A stretch of DNA of 64,000 nucleotides from Chrysomallon squamiferum (GCA_012295275.1 CM022665.1:37882001-37946000); one strand, 5' to 3'. Counted from the stretch's first letter, positions 43,682-57,748 are shown. Numbers and translations: made by a program. The notes: generated by a model from the sequence alone, not told the origin.

Positions 43682-46577
43682 TTAATTAATTTCAGAAAGC
43701 TTCTTTTTCAGTCCTGTCCATTCCAGAGTTTCTTCATACAACTTGTCAATTATCTTTTCATCTTTTGTGTTCTCTTCAAATTTCACTTCTTGACAATCCC
43801 TGGATTGAAGAACATGATTTACAGTTAATAAGATAACATAAAGCTAAAGAAATAGAGTCTTGTAAACTGATTTAAGAGAATTTTCAGATTTTATCAATAG
43901 CCTAAGTAAATATTCATACTGGTAACAACTACATAGAGCAAAATAAAAATTCAGAAGTTTCCATGTCTTGAGATACTTATACTTGTACACACTATAAGTC
44001 TTTCATATCTCACATTTTGTTTTTTGAAAATGTAAAGAATTTGCAATAGAGTTTTATAGGCTTACAATATTGCAAGTTGATGATTCATTTACTCAGCATA
44101 TCTGGTTATTTTTTCAAGAGAAAAAAAAAAAATGAAAATACAATAACTGCCTCCATACATTTCCAAGATAATAATATACTTTATTACTAGAAAAAGTTTG
44201 CTGTCAAGGAACAAACAAATTAGCCATATAAAGAGTATGTATACTAATGGATCGAAACACCAGTTATACACTGGAAAAATAAACTCACTTGTAACGTTTG
44301 CCAGTGACACCTTCCAATTTCTCATCCACTGCTGCATAAATAGTTGTGTTTGCTCCATCTTTGGGGGTCTTCAGCATGAACCACACAGGAAGACCAAGAC
44401 TAAGTCGAAGGAATGAACTGGTTTTCATTGGAAGATGTCTAAGACCAGGTGAGTTGACAATCCCAGGGTTCACACTGACAACAGTAACTTTTGTATCTGG
44501 AGAAAATTGAAACGAAAAAAAATGGACACATGTTATTTCTTTGGTTAAAGATCTTTTAAATATATATATATAGTAATACTAACAGGTTATTTCTTCAAAA
44601 ATAATTCTTCAAAAATAGTAAACAAAACCTAGAAAATATCAAGAGATGTACACCTTTCAAAGCATTTAATTATAATACAGGATGTCACAGTACCAATGGA
44701 CTATTTTTAACATACGTATCAGAAGTTGTAAAATATTTTTAAACCAGGTGCAAATATTCTGAAATATAAGTACAGGATTTTTTTATTTAGAAAAATGTTA
44801 AGAATACAGTTCATCATAAAATATCCTAAAAAGGCTAAAACCTTTTATGTTCTGAATATATATATAATAATTATAACAGTAACAGAGTAAATATAATAAT
44901 AATACTAACAGTAACAGTAACATACATAAACTAGACATAAAATAGATATAATAAGTGGGAATATAGATAAAATAAATATAATGATAATAAACAACCATCT
45001 TCAGTCCAAAAATTAAAATCAATTACTTTTAAGCCTCTCTGCTAATTTGATGGTGTACAGATCAACAGCTAGTTTGCTTTGCGCATAGGCCTGTCCTGGT
45101 GAATAGTCTTCTTTCATGTTGATATCATCAAAATGGATTTTTCCAAGATTGCTTGCTGAGGCCGAGGTGTTAACAATTCTAGCTGAACCTGAAGCCTTCA
45201 ACAAGTCTAACAGTAGCTCAGTCAAAAGAAAAGTACCTGCAAAAAGTTAAATATCTTAATGTTATCATAATGAAATAATACTGAATATAGGTTTGGCTTA
45301 AAAAAAAATTAAAGGAAAAAGGACTAGAAAGTGGAAAATAAAATATAAATATAAATACAAACTGAATCTGAAATATAGAAGTCTACAACTTAATAAAATG
45401 ATAAATAAAAAAAAAAAAATTAAAAAAAATGTATGCCATAATGAGATATATAATGTTTTCATTTAAAACACTTTAGAAAATATATATATAAAAAAATCAA
45501 GATAATAATAAAATTAAACATCAAAAAAATATATACATTGAATAAAAAGAAATAATAATAATCTTTATCTTTAATTATTTATGATGCTATGACATCACAC
45601 TCCAAATACTAAAGTACAGTTAATTCACTGATGTTTAACATACCAAGATAATTAACACCAAACTGCCTTTCAAATTTATCCTTAGTTTCATCTTCAGGGC
45701 ACATCATCACACCAGCATTATTTATAAGTATATCTAGTTTTTCTTCCTCTGCAATAAATACATATGACTTTTATAAGTTAGTAACTCAAGTAAAATAAAA
45801 AATTATTTAAATTCAGTTTTTAACAAATACTAAAGTAAATACTAGAATTCATTTTGAAACAAATAATGCATAATAAATAATTCCCCAGTATGAGTTAAGT
45901 ACAAATGCATTAAAAAAATATATATATATATTTTTTATTTGTCAGCAATATCATCCATTTCTATCCATCTGTTAATATAAATACATTTTTAAAGTATAGA
46001 ATTAAACATTAAACAGTACTAACTTTTCTTGAAATTTTCCACAAACTCTCGTATTGACTTAAAAGATCCAAGATCACATTTCATAAAAATGACATTCATG
46101 TTTTCTGTGGTTTTCCGAATTTCCTCTTCAGCTTCCTTTCCTTTCTGTTCATCTCTACATACAAGAAACACTCTGGCACCTATATAAAAAACATTTGGCA
46201 CCATAATATCACATAATGACACTATACTAGTAAATGGTTAGCATTAACTAACATACACAAAAGATGAATGTGGAAATTCTTTTTCTTAATACATTTTAAA
46301 AAATATTTATAAAATCTTATAAATAAAGATCAGTGAAAATAAATAAAAATAAATAGAAGCTCTATCCTTCTTTTAACTATTTAGTGTTACAAATTATGTT
46401 ATGATCCTGAAATTGCATCAACAGTGAAATCAAGTAAATCAAAATGTATGCCACTACCATGTTATTAAGTAAATTGCAGTTAAAAATGAATATTCTTATT
46501 AACACTGTGACACATCTATTTCGATTTAAAATTATAAATCTAAAATTATTTGGAATTTAAATTGAATATACACTTCA

Positions 46578-46609
<32 letters not shown>

Positions 46610-47423
46610 TAATTTATACCTCTTGTTGCTAAGTCAGTTGCAACAGCCAGTCCTATACCAGAGTTAGCACCAGTTACAATTACAGTTTTGCCTTTTAGTT
46701 TTGAGGTGCCAATGTACTGTGGGCCACGGAACCATTGTCTGCAAAGATGAAATATATTTAAAATAAAATTATATTTAACAATATATAATACTAAATTATA
46801 AAATAAACAATAAATGCTTTGGAATATCATATTCATTTTAAAAACTTTCCTAATAAATTATGATACATTATGATTATGTATAAATGGAATTATTGTAATT
46901 TTTTGCCTTTTATTATTATTATTATATAACTTTCATTATAATTTTTATATTTTTTTGTTTGTTTTAAATATAAGAAAAATACTGTTATATTTATAACTAT
47001 TAACTCACTGATACCAGTGATAAAAATGTTCCAGAAAAACAGAGCGCTAGGATGAGGCTGCAGAAAATATATATGCAGATTTGGGTGTGGTCATTATTTT
47101 ATTTTATTCTGCTAATGCTGCATTTGCAACATGTATTAATGATCATTAATAGTTATATTAAAATTCTGAACTTTTTTTAATCAACTACATTATGTATCTT
47201 TTGGTGAAACTTATTATAGGGTATTTTAATATCTGGGGTTTTATAAAACCGGTTACATCTATTTTTACGAAATTAAGAGAGTAACGAAATAAAAGCGAGT
47301 CAAATTAATATATGTTAAATTTTACCTTAGTGCATACAGTACACCAGCTATTACAGCAATGCCAATTGGATACCAAGAACTAAAAATATTTGGCGGTTCG
47401 GGAAACATCATCGGAGATACCAT
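43682..47423 (-). CDS. Retinol dehydrogenase 11-14-like short-chain dehydrogenase/reductase (337 aa)
   Basis: Exons 47326-47423, 46620-46738, 46024-46179, 45644-45748, 45027-45236, 44289-44496, 43682-43799; total 1014 nt, in phase. N-terminal hydrophobic anchor, TGANSGIG Rossmann motif, [11 protein letters not shown], catalytic YAQSK and NPGIV. Confidence 0.93.
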
Positions 47424-47864
47424 TGTGCACAGCTAATTAATACAATAAAATCCTAAATGAATATAAAGTGGACTCCAAATAACAGGTTATTTAACACTGT
47501 TTTACAACAAACAAGTTCGCTTCATTAGTAGCAGTAATGTTTAGACGACTTCTACCAGTCTATTTGTTTATTCGCGTCTGCTACAGCCAAATCTCTGTGA
47601 AAATTACGAAGTTTAGTTTTTATTATTACTTAGGTGGAAATAAATATATTTTTAAGTTGTTAAATCAGTATGTTTAATTAAACTGTTAAAAGGCATTTAC
47701 TTATTGTAATTACTGATATATCTCTTTTAGTTTATAGGAGATTACAAGTTAATTTGCGGATAAAAAAAGAAAAAAAGAAGAATCTTAGAATGTATTTAAG
47801 GAAACACTTGACATATTTAATATGTAGTTATAAAGCTAAGGACAATACAGCTAATAAAATTTCC

Positions 47865-47960
47865 AGGGAAGAATATTTTACATGCAACTTCCATAGACAG
47901 GAAGCATATACCACGATCTTTTTCAAACCAATTAATCACTGAGAATGGCTGGTACGGTAA
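47865..47960 (-). mobile_element. Degenerate SINE core fragment (MetaSINE/RUDI-like)
   Basis: Minus strand reads CCAGCCA..GATCGTGGTATATGCTTCCTGTCTATGGAAGTTGCATGTAAAATATTC, resembling the mollusc SINE core as I recall it (GGCCGTGGTATGTGCTATCCTGTCTGTGGGATGGTGCATATAAAAGATCC). Related fragments near 12945 and 55450. Confidence 0.45.
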
Positions 47961-48410
47961 ATGGTCTATTGGCGCACCGAATATACTTCAAAGTTAATAT
48001 TTATGTTATGTATAAAAGCTTCTAATATTAAAAAGAAGAAGAAGAAACAAAAAAAAAATAAATAAATAAATAAATAAAATAAAATAAATAAATAAATAAA
48101 ATAAAATAAAATAAAATAAATAAATAAATATATATATAATAATAATAACAATAATAATAATAATAGTAATAAATAACTTATACAAATTGTTATTGTGATC
48201 TTTCTACATAGATATTTCGTTAATAAACTGACTGTGGCTATGTTGTTTATGAATCAACGCGAAGGTTTTACTTACGAATGCTAAATCCCACACAGAACCG
48301 TATACTTACTTGTAGGTGCAGGTGGTACCGAGGTTTAGTCTTGGTGCTTTCAAAGCATAATTCAGTTTAGATTATTAATTTTCATCCGATTTCGTCACTT
48401 TTTTGTTGTT

Positions 48411-48412
<2 letters not shown>

Positions 48413-48479
<67 letters not shown>
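48413..48479. repeat. (CT)n microsatellite
   Basis: Directly visible; similar tracts near 52360-52430, 58626-58709 and 59402-59475. Confidence 0.95.
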
Positions 48480-48483
<4 letters not shown>

Positions 48484-49934
48484 GTCTCTTGTATTGTCAT
48501 AGCAAAAAAGTGGTGAATGTGGAATACTCATCTAGTAAGTTATTAAAAAAAATCTATTTATATTTTTCATTTGTATTTATTTTTATTTATTTATTTTTTA
48601 TTCTTTATTTGATTTGATTTGATTTAATTTATTTATTTGTGTGTTTGTTTAGCAAAAAAATAAAGTTACTTTTCCTCTTTTCATTTTGTTACCTTTGACT
48701 CAAAATAAAAACTTTTCCATTTGTGTGTCTATTAAGTTTCTTCATCTTCTTTTTTTTTATTTTTTTTTTAAATTTTTTATCCTAAATTTTTCTGATAAAT
48801 TTATTTAAATATTATTATTTTTCATAGATGGACGTATTTATTACTTTATTACCTTTTTTCTTTATCATGATCATCGTGATGATCGTCATCATCACCATTG
48901 TTGTTATTTCTGTTATTATTATTAATACTCGTAGTAATGGCAGAAGTAGTAGTAGTAGTAGTAGTAGCAGCAGCAGCTGCTGCAGCAATGGTAGTAGTAA
49001 CAGTAGTAGTAGTAGTAGTAGCAGTAGTAGTTGTTGTTTTTAGCTACTTATTTTTACTAATATTAAATAATGAAAATAAAGTAATTTTTGCCGCGCACAT
49101 CAAAATGTTCCCTCACATTTTAATTTACAAAACACTACTGTATATTTTCGTTTTTATTCAAAGGATCGAAAGTTCCGTTCAGTGGCTTGGAAAAGTTATA
49201 CGATCGTTGCTGGCACAGATTTCGAGGAGTGTCAGAAAACTAATGCTGAAACTGTGATTGAATCGGCAAATCACAGCATTCACTCTCACTGACTTGATTT
49301 ATCGTTCATGGCTTTTGTACAAACATTTGTTAAATTCTTCAAAGCATATAGAAAATGTTGTTATATATTTTATAATGTGTACCTTTAGTTAAAAAAATCA
49401 AAACCAAAGTGAGACTAAAAAATGATAAACTGTGTTATGACTACTAATTTTTAGAAAAAAGATACAGTATTTGTGTTTACTTTGTGATGTGGTATTTCAA
49501 CGTTTTATTTCTCACTAGTTTAATGAAAATAAATACTAAACTGAACAAGTTCGAAAAAAATTACAGATCAATGTATCTGCAGGAAAATGATCACGACAGC
49601 TATAAATTGGTGAATTAAGACATTAATCCGAATTTATTAACGTGAATTGTTAATGCCATATATCTGATATAGCCTCATATAAAGTATAGCCTCATTCAAG
49701 CATACCTAACGGCACATCAGGAAATACTGGGTCCCTGATACAAAACGTGGCGTTAAGAACAAACGGAATAAATGAATGTTAATGTAACTTTATTCAAAAT
49801 AACTGACATTTATACAACAAATGTGGCAATGTTGAAACCTGACTGTTAATTTTCACAAGATATTGTTATTCACTGCGATTGTTTTTAATCCACTGCTGTC
49901 GGGTTTCGGGTTTCAGCAGAAACTTGAATTCCCG

Positions 49935-50917
49935 CTAGTTATCAAACCTACAAATAAAAAAATATATATAATTAATAATTTTAATGTTGCATATTTATAT
50001 ATTATTCAAGGGTTCTTCGTGAATTTCATGTTAATAAAAGTAATTTTCATTATTTCATAATTATTTATATTTTATTTTTAGATGTTTACACGATGCTTTT
50101 TTCTTTCTTTTTCTCCAAGGTTTGTAAGTATAATACAGAACAGTTGGACTATTGTTGTCTCGCAATACTTGATAGTTATATATATATATCTTCGTTTTTC
50201 TTTTATTTATTCGCCAACAAATAGAGGATCACGTACTTAAACCATTCACTGCATGAAATAACAGAAATTCTCTCAAGTCCTTTCACGAACTCGTTATCAA
50301 AATCTTCGACGTAACGAACACTTTATGGTAATAGCTCACTTCTGACTGAAATTATTTTAAAATATACTTGCCCATGACTCTTCAGCCAGCTCTTGCGTAA
50401 ATACTTTTCAGAACACGTCTCTGGTCCAATATCAATAATATCTTTTTGAGTCAGTATGCAGTCGGCGCAGCATGCAGCCGTGTCGTAGACGTCGCCACCA
50501 AAAGATTCGAAACACGACAGACAACCCATGAGGCAACTCATTTTGGCACGCTTCGGGTTGCACGGACCTCCTTGTGAACTCACTAAGGTTATTATCATTT
50601 GTAATGTGAAGACCGTTAAAATGAAGGAATGTCTGACCTGAAATACGTAAAGAAAATATTTTTATTTCTATCATACAAGATGGCTTTATTACAAAGCATT
50701 GGCTTTTAATGCCAGCGTTGCACACACACACACTTTCAACATACACACACTTTCACACACACACACACACATAGTGATTTCCATTTTTCATAATTGAATG
50801 TTGTAATAAATATAAACATCACTGATATGTCAAATATCATTTGTTCTGGATATAGATATCGGGCAAAAAGTATAAAATAAATCAAACATTTAGATAATAT
50901 AAATATCTATAATTTTA

Positions 50918-50951
<34 letters not shown>

Positions 50952-52060
50952 AAATAAATAAATATTAATACTAATTATAATCATCATTATCATCATAATA
51001 ATCATCAAAATAATAATTAAAAAATCCCACAACAAACCCAACCAAAAAAAAAAAAAAAAAAATAATTCCAAATGTATCTTTATTTATTATTATTCTTTTA
51101 CAGTAATAAACAGTTAAGAAACGTTACTGTTCTGGATTCTTCGAATACAAACTAATGTTAAAGACAAACCCCCGGATAACTGTAAATTACACCTTTTATG
51201 TTTTGTTTTTTTTTATTTGATTTTTTCTCTTCGTTTCGAGTTAATAAATAATTCAGAACTGTGCTGTTATTCTTAAAAGACAAATTAATGTCAAACTGAA
51301 ACTCGGAATTGTAAATTGCAGGAAATGAAAGAAATGAATATTTTGGTAAACTGCAACAATCGGTATTAACCACTCAGGTGTTCAACATAAAAAACATGCA
51401 CGCACACACACGGATATAAATCGATGCATGCACGCACATTCGCACACACCCACTTACACCTAGCTAATTAACCAGTTGTAGTAAAAAACAAGAAACGTAT
51501 TCTCATATAACGGCATCGTTAATATTCCTCGTCTATCTTCTTCATCGTCACCATTATTTTCATTGATTAATGTTGTTAGTTTTAGCCACATCTGACTATC
51601 AACCACTAAAATATGCGCGTTTTAGTCTTTTGGAAAGCGTGTGTGAAAGAGTTTTTCAATAACCAAACAGAGAAAATGCTCTAAATAAATGTCACACGAT
51701 ACTGTCATAACAGAATACAAGACTCTTCAAAAAGATTTTCATAAAACCTGAAAGTCAATTTGGAATATCTATATTTTCATTTTACGCTTTTTTATTATTT
51801 TCTTTCTTTCTTTCTTTCTTTTTTTTTCTTTCTTTTTTTTTTTTTTTTTTTAATTTTAATTTTAATTTTTTTTTATCCTGTAACAGATGTTTTCAACGTT
51901 AAATATGAAATTAAATTTATTTCTCTCATCTATCAATAACTATCAGATGTTTTGTTTTCCTTTGGGAATTTCTCTGACATTCAGACCAGTGTTTTAAAAT
52001 AATAATTAAAAAAAACAAAACAACAAGTACACGGAAACTTACCGACTGAGATTTAGTCAT
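49935..52060 (-). CDS. Secreted 8-Cys peptide B, eclosion-hormone-like paralog (98 aa)
   Basis: Exons 52043-52060 (MTKSQS|gtaagt), 50372-50637 (266 nt, same as paralog A; donor GG|GCAAGT) and 49935-49947 (GFDN*). Signal peptide ending VSS|Q. Same Cys spacing as A; 47/71 identical in the mature region. Confidence 0.8.
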
Positions 52061-52357
52061 CTTTAGTTTTAATTCTTCTGTTAATTTCTTCTTTTTAACA
52101 CAGTAAGATTCCGTGTAGTCTGTAAAAAAGATATATATTATAAAAATCTGATTTTCAAAAGTAAATTAAAGGAAAGACATATCAAAATCTGTCCAAATTT
52201 TAAAATAATTTTTAATATTTTCATAATAATATTATCCACAAAAAAAAAAAAATAATAAAAAAAATAAACAATAAGTAAAAATAATAAAAATAATGATAAA
52301 ATATTTTACTTAATGAACTTAATAAACTAAATTGAGATATGTGGATTGTCATTACAT

Positions 52358-52437
<80 letters not shown>

Positions 52438-54440
52438 ATTTATTTAATCATCCATAAACTCATTAACCCAGAAATATATTTAGGTCAGGTTATTCTATTT
52501 TGCTTAAACATACTGACTGTCAACTCAATATTACGATTAAACTTGATTTTGAAAAGTGAATCTCTTTCAAGTTTTTTAAAATTTTATTTCCGTGACCAAA
52601 ATAAACAGGAAGTTTCCTAAAGTAGGATGATCTTTTCATCTTTGTGGTGAATGTGTGGGTCAATAAAGAACAAAAAAACCCACAAAAAGAACCTACATTG
52701 ATTATTTTAAAACTCTTAACCAAAATACAGATGAACAAATACTCCATTGTTAAAAGCTCTAACATTGCCTATTTGATTCGTGATTAAAATAACAGAACAA
52801 GAAAAAGCCCCAAGCAAACCTAGCCAGTTTTACGCCGTATACGTTTTGCTGTCTTTGTCGGTAATTCAACATGACCCTTTGCTTTTAGCACAGTTTTGAC
52901 AATCGTTATTTCTTGATGCACTTTCACCTTCAGAATATATTCAAAACGGATTTGTCTGCACTTAGAGATAACTCTTCTTTCATTAAAAACGCCGATAGCT
53001 CTCTATATAGCCTGTTGGTTACTCTTTGCCTAGAAATCTACGCTGCTGTAGGTATCGTGTTATTTCAATACCAAACATAATATTCGGAACCAAATAATAA
53101 CAGATAGACTGTCAGAATTAATAATATATTCACAAAAGACGCGATAATTTTTCAAATCTGAGTACAGCAACAACAATAACAACAACAACAATAGTAATGA
53201 ACAAACAAAAATAAACGAATAACAACAACAACAAAAACTCTGTCCAAAGCAGTAATTAATATAATTAATATAAATGAAACTATATTTAAAAACACAACTC
53301 CACAAGCAAATTCCTTTTTTTTACAACTATGAATGTATGAAATTTTTTTTTTTTTTTTTTTTTTATGAAATTCCTGTCTGTAAAAAATCTGTAGTTCACA
53401 GAATGTATAAATCAGGAATGCAGTTGATAAATACGCAAATCCACTTTCATAATTAATATTGACATTTTTAAAATTAAAAAAAACCCTCAAAAAAAAAAAA
53501 AAACCAAAAAAAAAATTTTAAAAAACAACAACGAGTAATTAGATATATTTGTTTGACATTATAACGGAAAAAAAGAGAACAAAAGGTATTTCTATTTTTT
53601 TATAATGCAGAGCAGTGAAGAATGTCATGTAACGGGTTTGACTTTCAAACTGTCCCATGGAAAAGATAAGATGAAAACAATGTAAGATCGATCTCTTTAT
53701 AGATTTCTTTTAAAAATATGATCTGTCCGGATACAAAATTAAAAATAAACTGTAAAACAAAAATGAGAGGTTAATGATCTTGAAACAACAATATTCGACA
53801 GATATAGAAGGAAAAATACAAGAAAATTAAATTCTGTAATTAAAATACGCTCTAGTACTTTCATCCTTCCATGGGCCTACACCTAATTTGGAGTTAATCC
53901 ATTCATAAAAAAAAATATCAAGTAATATCAAATAAATCATTATTATACACATACTTCCAGCACGAGTTAAAATTAGTCAACTAATAAAATTAATCTATGA
54001 CTTGTGATTTTAATAAAACGAGAGGTTGATTAACTCTGCACTGATCTTTTCTAAATTCTTGGAGAGATCCTAAGACAACCACTGGACCCAGTAAGTTGAT
54101 TATTGGTGACAGCAGCCTACAGAAAGCAGATGTCAGCAGAGCAGCATTGTCTACCAGATTACGTTTCTTGAACTGCGGCTGAAGCTATGCAAAGAATCTT
54201 TATCCATTGTAATCTTGTTAAAAAGAGGTGTTTAAAATTCATGATGGCTTCCTGGTTGTTGAATGAAAACAGTTTTTTTTTTTTTAATTTAAAAAAAAGT
54301 TTTTAAACAAACTTGTAAATGTCTGTGTCACAGACATCAGAATAAAAATAAAATCGATAGTGTAGTTTTAATATTCATGGTATGGTAATAGTAGCAAATT
54401 CTGCTTCTCGCTAGTACAATCACTATAACTACTGTTACTA

Positions 54441-54486
<46 letters not shown>

Positions 54487-55998
54487 CACTACTGCCAATG
54501 TCAGCACAGCTAATATTACTACTGCTGCTTCTGCTTCTATTACGTTATTATTAATAATAAATACAACATCGAATGAATGTATCAGTAAAATTTGATCAGT
54601 ATTTTTATCCTTAGATACTCGTTCAGAAAAGTAAGTATAGTTTGCATACATTTTACATTGTCTAGCATAAAGAAATATACATACAGAAACAACAACAACA
54701 ATAAAACTTTATAATAATAATAATAATAATAATAAATGAGAAACAGGAACATTTTCTCGAATGTTTTATAGTAAAAAAGAATCTGAAAAAACCGCGACAA
54801 AGCTTACATAGAAAGATATATTAGAACTATGATACATATAGTATTTTGTTTGAATATTTTTCATGTGTGCTTTTTAAATATTTCCAATTCTAAATTAATT
54901 GCACAAAAACACGATACGTTTTGATTACCGATATAATAACGATACATATGATACGTTTTACAATATCGATACATGTGATATATTTTAAATGGCTTTAATG
55001 CATATATTGGACTGGTGAAAATAATTTAAAGGAAGATCGAGTCTCTGCTGAGGACAAGTAAGTTTATTCCACGTATATGAAACGATTACATGGATAATAG
55101 ATACACGAATAGGAGGTTTTTGTCTATTGTCTATTATAAGTCCATCAAGGTTTTATTACAAAGCACGCAATCCAAGGAAAGATATCTTTGCTGTGGTACA
55201 GACGATGTTCTAAATAGGTGAAGAAAGGCTGTTTGTAATTCCAGGTTCTCATTTAGTTGTGCATAAAATCCTGTTTTAATGTCTGACATATTCAAGTTAC
55301 TTAATTTATTAGATGTTTTGAAATAATAAATTAATAAAGCACCTTTTAATGTTAGCTGTTATTAAATACAATATTATTTATTTTATTTTATTATTTATAT
55401 TTTTTGTTTTGCATAAAAGGAGAAATCTACTATCAGCCCTATGGTTAAGAACAAAGGATCTTTGATATGAACTTTTCCACAGACAGAGAGAAATAATCAT
55501 AATTTTTGATAAAACATCTGTTTCAATAGTTGGATTGCGAAGTAGCCCAATAGCATTGATTCTGTAACATAACACGCCCCAGGCCAGTTTTATTACATTC
55601 AGTGCCAGAGAAACGAATTTGAGAAAACCTACATTTACTTTAAGATGCATTGATCTTACAAAGAAAAATTATCAATGAGAAATTCTAACGCATCTTTATT
55701 AATTTTTCTTATCAAACGACATGTTATCGATATCTTGCACTAAATGGAATTCTTTATTTTGTTTTTGATCATATTTAAAAAAAAATATCCAAAAAGCATT
55801 TGCTTTGATTATAATCTCCTCTGAAAAAATTTAAACTTTTACCTATAAGATACATACCGCTTAATTGATATTAGATAAAATCTTTTTCATTAACTAAATG
55901 ATACATATATTTCGTTTTACCCACTAATTCAACTTTATGCGATGAAAATATATCAGAAACATCTGTACATCTCTTTCTCTCTCTCTCTCTGTCTCTGT

Positions 55999-56050
<52 letters not shown>

Positions 56051-56496
56051 TGTCTTGATTTACTTCATTGCCGTTAGGGTCATCAAGAATATATTTTGCG
56101 TCTCTGATAAGAACAGAAATGTCCACCCTTGTTTCTGACTTTCTCTCTGTGATGACGAATATTATTTCTTTTCAAATATAATACACTGAGCATACTTTTG
56201 AGTGAATTTAATGAAATACCTTTTACAAAAGTCATACATAACTCACCAAGACACTAAAAAAATGACAATAAGAAGAACACAAAAAACAAAACAAAAAAGG
56301 TAAGAAAACTAAATAAGCTACAATAATAACCACAAAAACTTTAAAAAAAATATAAAAAAAATATAAAAAAAATAATAAAATAAAATAAAAATAAAAATAA
56401 TAATAATAAAAAACGTAACAAAAGTCAAGAAAAAAAAAAAAAATACAGTAACAAAAGTCAAGAAAATTTTAAAAAGAAAATATAGTAACAAAACCC

Positions 56497-56689
56497 AAAC
56501 AAAAACTGAAGAGAAAGAAAGTTATTTTCAAACACTTCACTAAGGAGTGTACAAACTGACCTGTCTCAGATCCTCACAGTGCAAGACGAGCAATGTTAGT
56601 CCACAGTTCGATCAAGAACAAACACTTGAACACAGCGGAGGCTAATATAATTTATACTTCTCCTAATTGCTTCCCACGAGATGATTATA
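56497..56689 (-). promoter_or_regulatory. TATA promoter, non-coding exon 1 and donor of peptide gene B (193-bp inverted repeat, right arm)
   Basis: Exact reverse complement of 34567-34759. TATAAA at 56651-56656 (minus strand); exon ends at 56561, followed by GTCAGT. Confidence 0.75.
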
Positions 56690-57748
56690 CCAGTTTACTA
56701 GAGATGTCCCGCCTGCGACATATTTTTTTCTGCCACATAATTATGCAAACTAATTTTCTCTCATTTGCATACGGCCAATCAGAATTCGCCATTTCTTTGT
56801 TTTGTTTTACTAGCAAGCAGTATGGTAAGTTCTTTGACTTGTGATAATAATGATATATTTATATAAAGATTTCTTTTTGAAGTGACAACATATAGGCTTA
56901 TTTTGTCTTTAAATCGAATGTTTATTACAAATATAATAAACACATAATGGATCAAGACTCTATTTGTTTATATGCTAAAAAGGAAAGGTTCGCGCCTCTC
57001 TTTCACTAATCCACGAAAGGACAAAGACACTAGTTATTAATAGACGAATAAAACAACAACAGCAGCAATAATAATAGATAAAACCAAAACTTGTGGAAAT
57101 TTTAACAGGAATATTTAAAAAATATATTCACAACCTCAAGATATTTGTTATTAACAATTAGGCGTAACAAATATGAAATGTGGGTTTTTACATAATTATG
57201 ATGATTTGAGAGAAAAACCCGTTTTCCACCTTCCAAAGCTGAACTTATCCATTAGCAGCGAGATATCTTTTATTTGTATCTTTCCATAAACAGTCGTGGA
57301 GTACTGACTAGAAAGAAAATCAAAATAATCCAGAAGATTCTGCGAGGAGCTTTGATCCTCCGACAAATCACGCGTTTTGTCAACATTGTACGACTGGCTT
57401 TGGGTCCATTTCTGAATGTCGCATTTCGTCAAATGAACCGTAAAAAACAAGCAATGAAATTAAATTAAAAGATACTACACAAAACGGATTTACTTTTTTT
57501 AAAAGTTAATTATTTACGTTACTGAAAGAAGAAATTTTAAAAGGAAATAAAGAAACTTCAGTAATTCTTCCTTTCGCTGCATGACTGAACTAATTAAACT
57601 GTTTGATGTGTTTTGACATGTTTTTCTTACTCTGTTTTTATTACTTCATTAACTCTTACTTACGCTGGTACAAACACATAATAAAAAACATTTCTGTCAC
57701 TTCTAAGACTAAGAGACTGTTTTATTTGTCTCTAAGTACCTCCGTTTG

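Noticed and set aside
54910-54985. Clustered GATAC motifs
   Set aside because: Possibly transposon subterminal repeats, but no TIR or TSD found.
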